A stretch of DNA of 64,000 bases from NCBI GenBank assembly GCA_023515725.1, contig JALDTO010000098.1, positions 646,164-710,163 on the forward strand, given 5' to 3'. This stretch comes from Amoeboaphelidium protococcarum X5 (lineage: Eukaryota; Fungi; Aphelidiomycota). Below, one piece after another: positions 12,944 through 25,561 of the stretch. Under the pieces are notes generated by a model that was not told the DNA's origin, searched no databases, and saw only the letters and a list, made by a program, of their open reading frames with translations. The position numbers and the translations under genes are program-made. The stretch's first letter is position 1. Each line of letters begins with the position of its first letter.

Positions 12944-13829
12944 GTAGAACTTTCGATAAACTGTTTTCCAAGAGAATCAACAAAGGATAATGCGGTTTAA
13001 ACATGGACTGCTTTTGGATCTCACTAACTCAGAGCTGCGCAGTGGGAAGATTGAGTTTTAGCTGGATGATAGAGTCAAACCGTTTTTAGTAGGCAGGACT
13101 GTTGAGTTAACTATCAAGATTACCACCAAATAGTCCAAAACAGTTATGAAAAGCATCGCGCGATTGGTAAACTCTCTCGAGCTTAGCAAGTATAGTTCAG
13201 TCGGTATTACTTTGTTTGAATCGTCGGACTTTGGGTTGCTGAGTCGGCGTGAAGTCCGCCATTTATACGATGCTTTCTATCAGTAAAGAATTAATCTGCC
13301 CCTATTTATCTCTCCAATTGCTCCCAGCAATATTATTCGTAACATGAATCAAGAGTACCTTCGATAATAACTACTTTGGACACTTTTTTAAACATCCTTA
13401 AAGCCTGGTGTTTTGTTATCGATTAATAGTCTGGAAGTTTGTGCTGTATTGGCATCGCTCTTGCGCCATTTACCCAAGTTGCTGCTACAATATTCGCGTG
13501 ATTTTGTTTACTATAGAACTGGTGCTAAACCGATTGACTTCATTTACGATCTGGCTATTTAAGTATAGGCACGAGGACTTATTGATATTGAGTAATTCTT
13601 ATTCCTACATCTGCTTCCTGCTTTAAATTCGGTTCCGATTAAGAAGGTGTAACTGTTCATCAATGGCGTAATATCGCGACAGGCTCTGACACAAAACATA
13701 TAGCAACTGTTTCTAATCGATCCTCAGAAGACCAAAGTTGAAATTTTCTAGCGATACTAAGGTAATCGATACCTGCTGTAAGATTTCATTTTGCTGTCTG
13801 CCAACCATGACACTGTTAATGGCTTCTGA
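12858..13829 (+). pseudogene. 5'-truncated paralogue 1 of an unrecognised secreted-protein family
   Basis: TGA-free frame aligning by eye to the C-terminal ~60% of the two downstream paralogues (LLLDLTNSEL, IDFIYDLAI, HLLPALNSVPIKKVQLFI, QDFILLSAN). Lacks the signal peptide and N-terminal block. Confidence 0.75.
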
Positions 13830-14672
13830 TTGATAGCGTTTAGGTTTTGAATATGATGTTACTGCGGTTTAATGGCATTTGATATAGATAGATATACAGT
13901 ATAAAGTATATTCTTAGCGTGTCATTTGATTTACTTTATAGACAAGCTAATCAATATTCTATTATTTAACATCCTATACTGCTGCCCTGGGGTGGTACTT
14001 ATGTACTGCCTCCGTTAGTAATTACGTGACATCTTTTCAAGATAGTCAGTCATCCGCAAGGCTGTGTATTGAAACGTAGGTTGCTACACGAGTATACTAA
14101 CTGTGAGGATCGGCTACTGTGAAAACTGTTAAAAACATAAAGCCATCTGAGGTACTTAGAAACCAAATAATGATAATTTCAATCCAAAATATATCAGATT
14201 CTATCACGCCCTATCCAGCATCAGAATTGATACCGATCGTGTTAATAATCAGCATATTAATTTGAGACATGGTTTACCAGTAGTTAAGTCATAGTGCGTC
14301 ACAGGATAGGCTTCACTATCACTTTCTGTATATGGGCTGCCTGTAAGGTCATGATATCTATAGGCGCCAACCACTCGCTCAAGTATCAACAAATTTCGTT
14401 GTTAATTACTTGTCGCGGAAATCCAAGAGGAACTTGTCTAGCTATAAAAGAAACATGAGGCACAGAATTAGTCTAAACTTCATAGCAAGAGCCTCAGTGA
14501 TTGACCGCTATAAGCTGACTCTTTGTGAGTTGATAATATCTTTCAGTGCTCGGATCTAATAGATTTGCAAAGTGGCTAAGCATAAAGGGGCAAGGTGAAG
14601 AAAAGATTACTGTGAAATAAAAAAGTTTTATCTTCTTATATCAATTTAAAACCATTCGCTATATTAAAAAAT

Positions 14673-16313
14673 ATGAAAATTCTGCCTGTTATCGTTACAC
14701 TGGGTATAACAGTTCTCATTGCTGGAGCGATAGATTCACATGTAAGCCGTGATAACGCATACCGTAATGAAGGGAAAAGGTTACAAAATGCTCCATCTCT
14801 GAATGGTCTCAGTATCAGTACTATAGCTAGCAATTTTGGCCGCCCAATACCTAGATAGACTGAAAACAATGAACGATACTTGACGCGTGTTAAGAAGTAT
14901 TGTAAAGATCTATCTTACTTTTAGAGGGCTAGCAAGTATATTCGACAATCTCTCATCAATCATGATGAAGTTGACTGGTGCAAAAACTTTAGGCATAAAG
15001 CTATGCTTTTAGATAGCCTTCGTCCTGTTCTTAGGCTTGGATACGATTTCTATCTCGTGTTTGGATAGAAATTTGAGTTTGTCGAATCGCATTTGCGGGA
15101 TGATGCTCTGCTCTCATAATACCTCCGTCGCTTGGATCAATACTATCATCAGAGCAACAACAATTTTGATTTGCAAGTTACTTATCACGGCTTATGCCAA
15201 GATAATCGCATCTGATTAAAAGCATTGATCCATTAACTCCCTTACGCGCCGATTGATGTCAGCTGTCTCGATTATTTAGCTATCAATTACAGGTTTATTC
15301 TGATACATAGGCCGACTAAAGTCATCTCATAGTCTTTCTAAACATGGCAGAAGCTTGTGGTGTCATTAAGTCAAAAGCTTTCTTCGCGTCTGAATGAAAT
15401 TCTTGCGCATGAATAAGATTTAGAGCGTGATTTTAGTCAGGGCAGACATTAACTGGTTAATGTGCGCCATCAGATTTAACTGGAGCTAGATTTGACCGAT
15501 TCCAATCTATACAAGTAGAAGCGATTGACATTCGAGCTGGACCCGTCTTTGTCGTCTGTCGTATAGAATAGGGTGGTTAAGCTGAACATTTTCCTTCCTG
15601 CTACAATCTCTAATGAGTAAATGTATAATATTGCGCAGTTTGTCACATCCTGCAATTTGAAGTAAGAAAGTGTTGTCTAGTTGAGTTTAAATTAGATTGA
15701 CGGAGGTGCTGGTCTGAGTTTAGATCAGATAAATCGGCTTTATTATGCATTCTACGTCAAGATCCCCGCATCCATATTCCTAGAACTGGCAGTGGATTGG
15801 CATACATCCTCACCCAATGCTGTCAACTTTAACGCCCAACAAGAACTGACTTAAATGTTGTTTGCTTCAGCACAGGCGCCTGAAGTATGGATTCCAATCA
15901 CCTCTCGCACAGAATGTTCAAATTTTGCTGAGTTATTAAATAATCTCCCGCAGCTTTTAATATAGTTTTCATAGACTTTTGCGCGGAATTAGCTGGATGC
16001 TCGGCGCGTCGATTTCATGTATGATCTGGCGATTGAGGTGGATGAAGATTCTCGAAATTACTATCCTGAATGCCTGGTACATTCTTTGCTGCCAGCTTTG
16101 AGATCAGTCCCTATAAGGACAGTGAAGATCTTCTCTTATGATGCGCTATAACGTTTGCCGGACTTGAGTGAGATTAATCAGAGACTAAGTGAAATTGATC
16201 AAGCCATGACTGTGGTAGAACTCTATGAAAGTTAAGTGTGCCGTGATAGATCTTTGCGACGTGATTTCTCGCTAATCGCTGCCAATAATGATAACGTGAG
16301 GAGTCTGCTTTGA
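14673..16313 (+). CDS. Unrecognised secreted protein, paralogue 2 (~546 aa, intronless)
   Basis: Signal peptide MKILPVIVTLGITVLIAGA. GRPIPRQTENNERYLTRVKKYCKDLSY, HDEVDWCK, VDFMYDLAI, LLPALRSVPIRTVKIF. Ends TGA 16311-13. Confidence 0.8.
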
Positions 16314-16725
16314 TATTTAACATTGCTAAAGTGGTTAAAAATTTGATTTTGATATTATATTTGCCAACGCATTCTGTTCTGGTTGTTGTCAAGCGCTCAT
16401 CTATGTCTTTGTTAGGTTGGCCATTGAGCACAGCAGTTAGGACACCACTGGAATGGGGTACACAATCCCGATAGACATACAAGTCCTGATGAAAGACAGA
16501 GCTTTATTTGTAATGCATGCTTATTACCGGACTCTTTCAGGATAAAGACGCGCTCGGGTGATCACTCCTTGATTAACTCACTGCTGCTACGTTCGACACA
16601 TGCCATTCATTTGACTGGCACTTTCCAGGGGCCACTGAATTATGATCAAAGTTTATTTTCACCGCCATTTCACTTAAATCTGAACCAGCACTTATGATTT
16701 ACAGTTCGGTATCAGTTGACGCGTA

Positions 16726-18363
16726 ATGATTTGTTGTATTGTTTAGGTTGTTCTGTTTTGGTTTTCCGTGCTGGCTATGGGCCACGGTGGTCAAGATCAA
16801 TAGATTGATGATATGGAGGTTCCGGCTATTAGAAGTGTCGATATGCACCCGATGCTGAATGGTTTCTATGTGAATCGACTGGCAGATAACATTGGGCGTC
16901 CTTAGCCGCGTTAAACTGAAGGCGTTGATCGTTATCTGGAAAGAGTTAAGGCGTATTGCATGAGTTTATCCTATTTGTAGATGGTCCATTCATCGATTCG
17001 TCATTCTATTGAGCATCATGACGAAGTGAAGTGGTGCAAAGATATACAACATAAAGTGACTCTGCTCAAGCGTTTATGGCCTGCGCTGACTTTAGGCTAA
17101 GACGCCGAAATCCTATTTGAAAATCGCTTCTACTTCAGGTAAATACATTTGACCAATGATTAGTTATAGTCTTACATTGTGGGTCAACTATTTCAATACT
17201 ACAGAGATAAGGGCGTCTTTGACTTGACAGTGTCGTACATCGATTTGTGTGTCTCTTTTCGCGAGAAATTGACATCTCTAAGTCAGGCGTTATCTTGGAT
17301 ACCGTTTTATATTCATTGCACGGACCATTAATCATCTGTGGGCTAATTTCGGTTGAATTTCCTGAGTATTGGTAATCAGCCGAGGCAGCCGCGTAACCAT
17401 AAAGTTTACTAGCTGGTGCTTGCTGATGATCAATTGCCAAGGCTTCAATTATGGAAGACACAGGAGGAAGAGTTGGAAAATGAGATAAGCGGTGAGTAAC
17501 GTCCGCATCCAGTCACTGTCAAATTCATGTTCCAATTGGAATTAGATTTTAGCGCCGCAGATCTGTATGAAAATCTGTTTACCGTCGCCTTCAGTTCAGA
17601 GTTACGCACCATATTTTAAAGTCGATTTCTAGCCCTTTCTATTACAGTTGCATAACAAGTTAGTTTGCATTAAATGAAGATGCTGGCAGAGTTTGTAGTT
17701 TCCTCAAATTTGCTTGATGGCAGCAAAGTGAGTCTGACAATCAAAAACGGCGACTAGCACCTTCAACTGGGCTCTGACTAAATTTCGAATATTCTCCGTG
17801 CCTTTTATAGCAGGATTCCCCCTACCATTCAAGTGGCACCCGTAAGATATTACCACAGTATTCTGTTACATAACGGCCGATAGTACGAGTAGTAGATACT
17901 CACATAGTAACTGTATGCGTAATCTCAACGACCTGGTATGCACATCTCTATCACTCATTATTAGCAGTGCCAGGAGTTTTCCACTATTTTGGACAATTTA
18001 AGCAGGTTGCTTGTTTAGAACTCTCGCGATTATATATATTACGGCGTGAAAGCGAAGAAAGTTGATTCTATCCTGGACTTGACATTGTCCCTGAATGAGG
18101 TGACGTAGTTCAGTGATAAGAGCTGTCTATTGACACATCTGTTGCCTGCCTTGAAGTCGGTCCCGATAAAAAATGTGCAGATATTTATAAAATATTTCGG
18201 CTGGCAGCCTTTTCTAGAGACGATTAATGTGAAATTGGCTGCCGTAGACCCGTCGTAGACAAAAGTTGTAATATACGTTCCTGGAGCCGACAGAACTTCA
18301 TTTTTGATGTAGGACTATCAATTGGAGGCAGCAAACTACCCAATTCGTGGCCAATTGTTTTGA
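16726..18363 (+). CDS. Unrecognised secreted protein, paralogue 3 (~545 aa, intronless)
   Basis: Hydrophobic N-terminus MICCIVQVVLFWFSVLAMG. GRPQPRQTEGVDRYLERVKAYCMSLSY, HDEVKWCK, HLLPALKSVPIKNVQIFI. Ends TGA 18361-63. Confidence 0.8.
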
Positions 18364-18737
18364 AAATGGTATGTCGATTAAGGGCATTGAGAATGAAGGA
18401 AGTTGATATGCTTTGAAAAATATATACGAAGATTTAAATTGCTATTGATATAATTTTTGCTCTGCAGTCCTGCTATATTCAGTCATCCATCCCCGTGAAT
18501 GATATACGATTACTTTTAACCATGAGCTACTGAATGATATCGCCCGCCCGGTTTCACCATTTTACGCGCGACCGCCATTTCTGACCATCAATCGATCAAT
18601 CAATCAATCACTCAGCCTTAACCGACGGAAAGAACGCGCGTCCACGAAAATTGCTCAAGCGGCGCGGATTCACCCAGAAGCTTTGAGTGTAAGGGCCCGT
18701 CTAAAGGAACAGTCTCTCTAACGATAATAAGAATATT

Positions 18738-20065
18738 ATGACTATGGAAAATACAAACAAGTAAATTTTTATACACTCCTATAACTAATCAAGATTAAAC
18801 AAATTTATTGTTTTTGTGTGTAGCGATATTAAAAACGGACCTGAAGTGGTCGACTCTGTGAATGATGAGGTGGTGGACTCCTTTGAGGATCTTGGATTAA
18901 AGGAGGAATTGCTGCGTGGTATCTTCAACTATGGGTATGTCATTGGACTTTTATCATTCTCATAACATTCATGATTATCTTATAAATTAATTGTAGTTTT
19001 GAGAAGCCATCTTCCATCTAATAGCGCGCTATCAAGCCAATTATTGCCGGTAAGGAGGTGATTGCACAGGCTCAGTCCGGTACCGGTAAGACTGCCACCT
19101 TCAGTATTGGTGCTCTTTAGAATATTGATGCTAGTGTTCGCGCTTGCCAGGCTCTGATTCTGGCTCCTACTCGTGAGCTGGCATTGTAGATTCAAAAGGT
19201 TGTGCTGGCTCTGGGAGATTACATGAAGGTGGAATGTTTTGCCTGCATCGGTGGTACCAGCGTTGGCGATGATATACGCATGCTGGAGGCTGGTGTGCAC
19301 ATTGTTGTCGGTACTCCTGGCCGTGTCTTCCACATGGTGAGCGAGGGTCACTTGAAGGTGGACAAGCTGAAGATGTTCATTCTGGATGAGGCTGACGAGA
19401 TGTTGGGCCAGGGATTCAAGGCTCAGATCTATGATGTATTTTAGCATCTACCAACCACTACTCAGGTTGTACTGCTATCTGCCACCATGTCTGACCAAGT
19501 GCTTGAGGTTACTCGCAATTTCATGAAGAATCCTACTCACATTCTGGTGAAGCGCGATGAATTGACTCTGGAAGGTATTAGACAGTTTTACATCAATGTG
19601 GAGAAGGAGGAATACAAGCTGGACTGTCTGTGTGATCTTTACGAGACACTGACCGTCGCACAGGCCGTCTTCTTCTGTAACAGTAAGAATAAGGTGAACT
19701 GGCTGGCTGAGCAGCTGAATGAGCGCGACTTTACCGTGTCTTTCATGCATGGTGATATGGATCAGAAGGAGAGAAATAAGATTATGAGCGAGTTCAGAAC
19801 CGGTTCCTCCCGTATCTTGATCACCACTGATCTGCTGGCTCGTGGTATAGATGTGCAGCAAGTATCGCTGGTCATCAACTATGATCTGCCATTGGAGAAG
19901 GAGAATTACATCCACCGTATCGGTCGTAGTGGTCGTTTCGGTAGGAAGGGTGTGGCTATCAACTTTGTCACCACCAACGACATTGGCCAGATGCACGACA
20001 TTGAGAGATTCTATCACACTCAGATTGAGGAGATGCCAAGTAACATTGGCGAGCTGCTGGCCTGA
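18738..20065 (+). CDS. eIF4A: Translation initiation factor eIF4A (DEAD-box helicase), introns 18761-18823 and 18935-18996
   Basis: GFEKPSSI(TAA)(TAG)RAI Q-motif, [46 protein letters not shown]. Confidence 0.97.
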
Positions 20066-20340
20066 TTTAGCACGCTCACTTTACATGCAGAATTTGCCAT
20101 TATTTCCACAATCATTGCCATCATCGCTGTAGCTGAAAATTAAAAGAATTATTAACATTGGGTGCCTTTTTACTGAATGATATATACCCACTTTCTTTTC
20201 TGCTTTAAGTTTTGATGATGTGATTTTGATATTCAGCCGGACAAGACTGAAAAATCTTTTCCAACGCGCAGTCTACCTTCTAATAGTACTTTCGAAATAC
20301 GCACTAATTAAATAAAAAATCAACTTTATATTTAGAAAAC

Positions 20341-20865
20341 ATGCCTGCTCATTAATCGCTAGTCGGAGTCGTTACTCATGTGAAGGAATCTGCTGTTATC
20401 GCTGCTCCATATGCCCGTGTATGGGAACAGGTGCGCCCATTGACCTTCAAGTGGCTGAGTGCTGTGAAGGAAGTCAAAGTGGTGGACGGTAACGAGAGCC
20501 AGGTTGGATCTCAGCGTAAGATCACGTACGTTGATGGAACTGTGCAGACTGTGCGCGTCCTCGAGCTGAGTGATGTTGAGAACTTTGTCACGTACGAGGT
20601 GGTGTCTAGCGAGCCTGCAGTTCAGGTCAGCAGTGCTATTCACACTATCCGCTTGCGTCGTGTCACTGCTGATGACTCCACCTTCGTCGAGTGGGTGAGT
20701 GATTACTCTAGCGATGCATCCCAGGAGGTGATCTAGGATAGCAAGTACAAGAAGCATGAAGCTTTCACCGATCTGTCCAAGGCTGTATCTAAAGTTGTCG
20801 ATCAGACTGGTGGTAAGAAGCGTACTGCTCCATCATCTCCTGAGAGAAAACCTACCAAGAAGTGA
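20341..20865 (+). CDS. SRPBCC/START-like (polyketide cyclase/Bet v1 fold) protein
   Basis: ESAVIAAPYARVWEQVR...VGSQRKITY...VLELSD...VTYEVV...TIRLRRVT...TFVEWVSDYS pattern. 174 aa with TAR=Gln. Confidence 0.75.
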
Positions 20866-20985
20866 TTATTGAGTTATGGTGTGATTGCTTATCAGTAATG
20901 TGAACATCATGAGTGTTGAACTATAATCAGAAATTTAATATACTCACTTTTAAATGAATTGAATGCCATTGATTATACCAATTTA

Positions 20986-22551
20986 TCACTTTGCATTCTT
21001 AGAGTTGGAGTTGAAGATCTTGCGCAATTTTGAGTTTATGCCCAAAGATGGCGACTTATTTTATTCCAAACTGGCAGAGGACGTTGTAGAATTCTAGGGA
21101 TATTACTTGCTACCATCACTAGACTTAGAATCAGTATTACATGGTTAATTCTACTTCTTAATCACCGGTTGAGATCTTCTAAATAATCCAATAGAATTAG
21201 ACTTGGCAGTGACTTATTTTGCAGCGATATCACTCTTTTATTACTATTGAAGACTTTAACTTTTCATAGATTCACTTGAAGCCTTCTTTCTCAACTTGAA
21301 TGGCGAATTAGAGCTGAGTGGCTGTTGCTAATGTTATTAGTGCTATACTGACATCATATTGTCATAGTTGGATAAAGTCTACTTTGTCATTTATGCTCTC
21401 ATATTAGAAATTGATCTCACCGGAAGCATACTCTTCTTTCTCACCAATGTTGTCTTTGCATTCGCTGGTACTTGAGATTCATTAGACTAAGATGTAGAGG
21501 ACTCTTAATGCTTTTCTTATGTCAATAATATTTGACGCGCAGTTTGAGATCCTCCAGAAGCTATACTCCGATCACTCCTGGTCGGACTAATTCTATGGCT
21601 TTGTTTTTATTGCTATATCTACTAAGTGGACCCTACAGATGAACGATCTAATACCAACTACTTTTAATTCATCAGCGATACAAATTAAATCTAACCAGAT
21701 GATTTATGAGATGAAGAAGTCGCAGTAGAATGAGATGATGACTTGCCAGCCACACTTCGCAACTCGGTATGCTAACCGCCAGACAGAATGGTATCCATAT
21801 CAGCTAAAAGATCATTCAAATTCATCAAATTTTACTACTGTTGAGGACGCAATGATTGATTAAAATCTTTTGGTTTAGATTATAAAGTAGGAGCAACATC
21901 AATAGATTCGATGTTCGTCTTATCTAATGGAGTTGATAACTAACTCTCCTACTAGGACCGAGTTTGCTATTCATTAACCTCTTCTATTTGAACAAGGTCC
22001 ACCTATGTGACACTTTCAGCCTTCTCCAATTCCAACTTTTATACGGATTTAATCAACTCATCCTGGTCAAATAATTTAAAAACATCTTATTTAATGGTGG
22101 ACTAAGAATCAGATCTGAGTATAGATTTAGGTCTCGGAGTAGATAGTGGGGACGTATTAGGAGAATCAATGATAAAGTGTCGCAGCACTGAAGATTCAGT
22201 ATCTACCAGCAGTGACTAATCCACAAGAGTGTTATAATCTTGATCAGCAATATTCTTATCATTGCTGGTATTATTATCACATGAGAATATATTATCCAGT
22301 AGAAGAATCGATGACTCTTGGAGTTCGGTAATCTACCGCTTATCCACATTACTCACAGTTACAGTGTCAGAAGCAGTGTTGGAAGTCACCAATGAAGAGT
22401 CTGTGCTTAGATCCATCTCAAAGTACTACTCCTATTCCTATTCCTACTAATACTAAGGCTGTTACAACTTGCCAAACAGATCCTCTTGCCAATCATCCAG
22501 ATTCAAAATGTCATTGACAAAAGATTCATTAACACCATCACCCTTCTTCAT
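20986..22551 (-). CDS. Hypothetical Ser/Gln-rich low-complexity protein (~521 aa)
   Basis: ATG 22551 and TGA 20986 are in frame, and inspected parts read as S/Q/P-rich disordered sequence. No family recognised. Start uncertain. Confidence 0.6.
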
Positions 22552-23013
22552 CTCTGTTATCTTTGGAACTTGATTAAAATATAATCTATCACGGTAAGAT
22601 GACGTATACAGATGTATTAGCACTTTCTTTACCGTTTACAAGTTAACAGAAGTTTTATCAGAAATAAAGAAAGAAAGAGAATCGTTTCAGCCAAAAAGTA
22701 ACGCGAAACGAATCTTTTAAAGAACTAGTAAATAATCTACTGCCGCGTGTCTGTCTTCTATTGATCAACATGAAAGTAGAGATATTAAGCATTGGCGGTG
22801 ATAGCTCCAATTTTACATCCGAATTCAACAATTGTTCTGTCTCGTAGATCTTCGTCGATGGAAGCATGGATGGTGATGACGTGTCGACTTATAAGTAGAT
22901 GAAGATTGATAAGTTTGAACAAAACTAGCGAAAAAAAGAGATATATATTGTAGATGACAGAGATGTAAAGATATTTTAGTATAAAATAGACATGATAGAT
23001 ACAATTCATTCAT

Positions 23014-25359
23014 TCATTCATTGTCTGAGAACTGAATGAGGTTGCTGTCGGCTCTCTTCTCTTTCTAATCAGCAGAATTTGAATCTTCAGCGGACTACTA
23101 CAGTTGATTCTACTACTAGCTTTAATGTTATTCCACACTATCAGTGTTCAAAGATGCAGATTATGGCCTTGACTGTTCTTCTTCTTGAAGCGATAAACTA
23201 AGAGCCATAGCGATTTACATTTCATAATCTGTATTTTGAGGTACATAATCTTTTAAAGCACCCGCTTCACCAAATGACTGTTCGTCTAACAGAGACTATT
23301 TCTATACAGCAGGAGTAGCAACCATCTAGCCAGGATATGAAGGAGAATCAACAAAAGGCGCAACGGCTGCATCGTATAAATTCTATGTGAACGAAGCCTT
23401 CTTACCTGGAGACGTCTGCCTAAGACTACCCATAGGCTTGAAATCGGCACGGCGATGTTATTATGCCTGGGGTGAATTTCTGACACTTGACTAAGCGCTA
23501 CTATCTTGCGATGGTTAGTTGGTAGATTACATCTATTATGATGATGTTGACGATGTAGATTCAAAAATCTTGGACAGCATACCACTAAATCCTCTACTCA
23601 AAGTCTGAACTCTGTCTACCACAGGCTGAGAGTTAGTATTAGGAGTGATAAACGTGGTGCTTTTACTACCCTTGTTCAGACTTGATGAAGACAATTATCC
23701 GGCAGAACTGTTCGTAGTGAACGAGGCATTGGACATACTCTGTCGCAACTCTTTTCCACCACCATCAGAACTTTAAGTTGGCATCTTATACTGGCGAATA
23801 TCCAATTGGAATGCCTTTTGCAAATCCACATTCTCCCCTTTAACAATAAGTCTAGCTGCATCCATCTCATTCTATGACGGAATTAAACGCTCATCTTCAA
23901 TCTCGACAAGAGATTGCGCAACCTTCTCATCATACTCCCCCTGAGTCTATGTCACATTTCCACCAGACCAGGTGAAAGAGCTATACGATATACCCACAAT
24001 AAATCCAATTGCGGCATTCAAGCATGTCAAATAATAGCCAGCTTCACTTCTCAACTTGTCCTCAATCCGGAATCGACTTATAAACATAACGTGGCTGTAC
24101 AGGTGCCCAATAGACTATCCCTCTGTCAGGTGATGACTCTTTATGATGGTATAAATCAGAAGAGGCATCAAATCATCTGCAGATGCAACTGCTGACGCGG
24201 TCATTGGAGAAGTAGGAGATGCTGGTTAACTTTACTCGCTCTAGGTAGATCTAATACCATGTTATTACTATTATCGAGACGGAGACTTGTTAATCTTTTC
24301 AAGGAATCCCAATAGAATTTTGCAGCAATTTACAATACTAATCAGCTTGTCCCGCGCAGACTTGTACTCTGTAATCTTTCGCAGTTCATCCAATGCCAAC
24401 TTTATTGCGTTATTAACCTGCTATTCGACACTATTCCTAGCCAAATCTATCCTTTTACCTTATGTCTGAGCTTATGAACCTTATTCTTAATCGGATAACA
24501 AGTCAGATGATTATGTCTCAGTAGACTCTTCTACCGTCTCGTGCCACTTGTAAACATGGGCCCTGAAAGAGATATCAAAATGATCCAAGGTGATCCATTT
24601 AGAATGCAATAGGATAACATAGTGCAGGCATTTATCCACAAGAATGTCATGCGGATCATTGAGGAGATAATCATACAACTTTATACACACCAATTTCTCC
24701 AATCCCTCGCTGAAATTATCCACTAATTACGGAGACTTATCTTGACCACTTTTATACAGCTAGCACTCCAACACCTTGCCGCGATCTCGATCAGTCATAA
24801 ATAGCATGAAATCTCTAACAATCCTCTGCTTCTCATCACTTGTCCACCTGCGCCTTGTGAATTCCCTCAGAAATGACTTGAAGTATCTGGTAAGGGCAAA
24901 CGACTCTGGACTGCGCATAGTCTCCAGAAATTGTTCAAAATTTAATTGTGGGAAATCTTGAGAAGATGGATATTCCACCAATTACTGCTATTATTGTTAC
25001 TATGTACCTCCTGAGGTTAAAGGATCTTCATTGGGAACTACAACGTCCTCCCCACCTTCCTGTAATACAAGTAAAGTGGATGTCTGAGTATCAATCTGTG
25101 GATTGTGAGTCTTGGGTCTTTACTATTACTATAAATTCAACTCTTATTAATCAGAATCTTTGCGTGGTGGAAGTTGAGGTGGATATTAATCAGCATCATC
25201 TCCTTATTATTAACTATCAGGAACATCAACTTTGATAGACTCATTATTTATCACATCCTGTAACATAGTGGGTGATATTGGAGAATCGATAACACCATTA
25301 TTATCCTACTACTACTACTACTGTAATTACTACTTTTAAAGACTGTCAAAACTTTCCAT
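23014..25359 (-). CDS. VPS9: VPS9-domain Rab5 GEF (Vps9/Rabex-5-like) with C-terminal UIM
   Basis: LNFEQFLETMRSP...YFKSFLREF helical bundle, EGLEKLV, KSARDKLISIVNCCK, ADDLMPLLIY, DYEMQIAMALSLS. 782 codons in frame. Confidence 0.85.
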
Positions 25360-25561
25360 TTACTATTTAATTAAAATAAAGATTGTCAATTACTAGGTAA
25401 ATAAGACTAATAATAAAGTAAAGAAGAAGTTAAGACTTGAATTTTGGAACTGGAAAGAGAAAGAGAAATCTTTGATCGCGCTGATCTTTAATCTATCTTC
25501 CTTGACATAAAGTGCTCACTTTGTAGAGTCTCCATACTCGTAGTAGCAATACAAAGCAGCA

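Noticed and set aside
13830-14670. Missing RuvC/omegaRNA half of the Fanzor-like element, or a decayed small secreted gene (minus strand MKFRLILCLMFLL...)
   Set aside because: No RuvC motifs or terminal repeats were recognisable, and the frames are short and TGA-interrupted.
20161-20175. GCCTTTTTAC resembling U5 snRNA loop I
   Set aside because: It has five Ts instead of four, and there is no flanking stem. It lies in the eIF4A 3' region.
18980-20757. Long minus-strand ORFs opposite eIF4A and the SRPBCC gene (and similar ones opposite COX4, NT-C2 and ubiquitin)
   Set aside because: Antisense shadows of codon-biased conserved genes, with no independent motifs.
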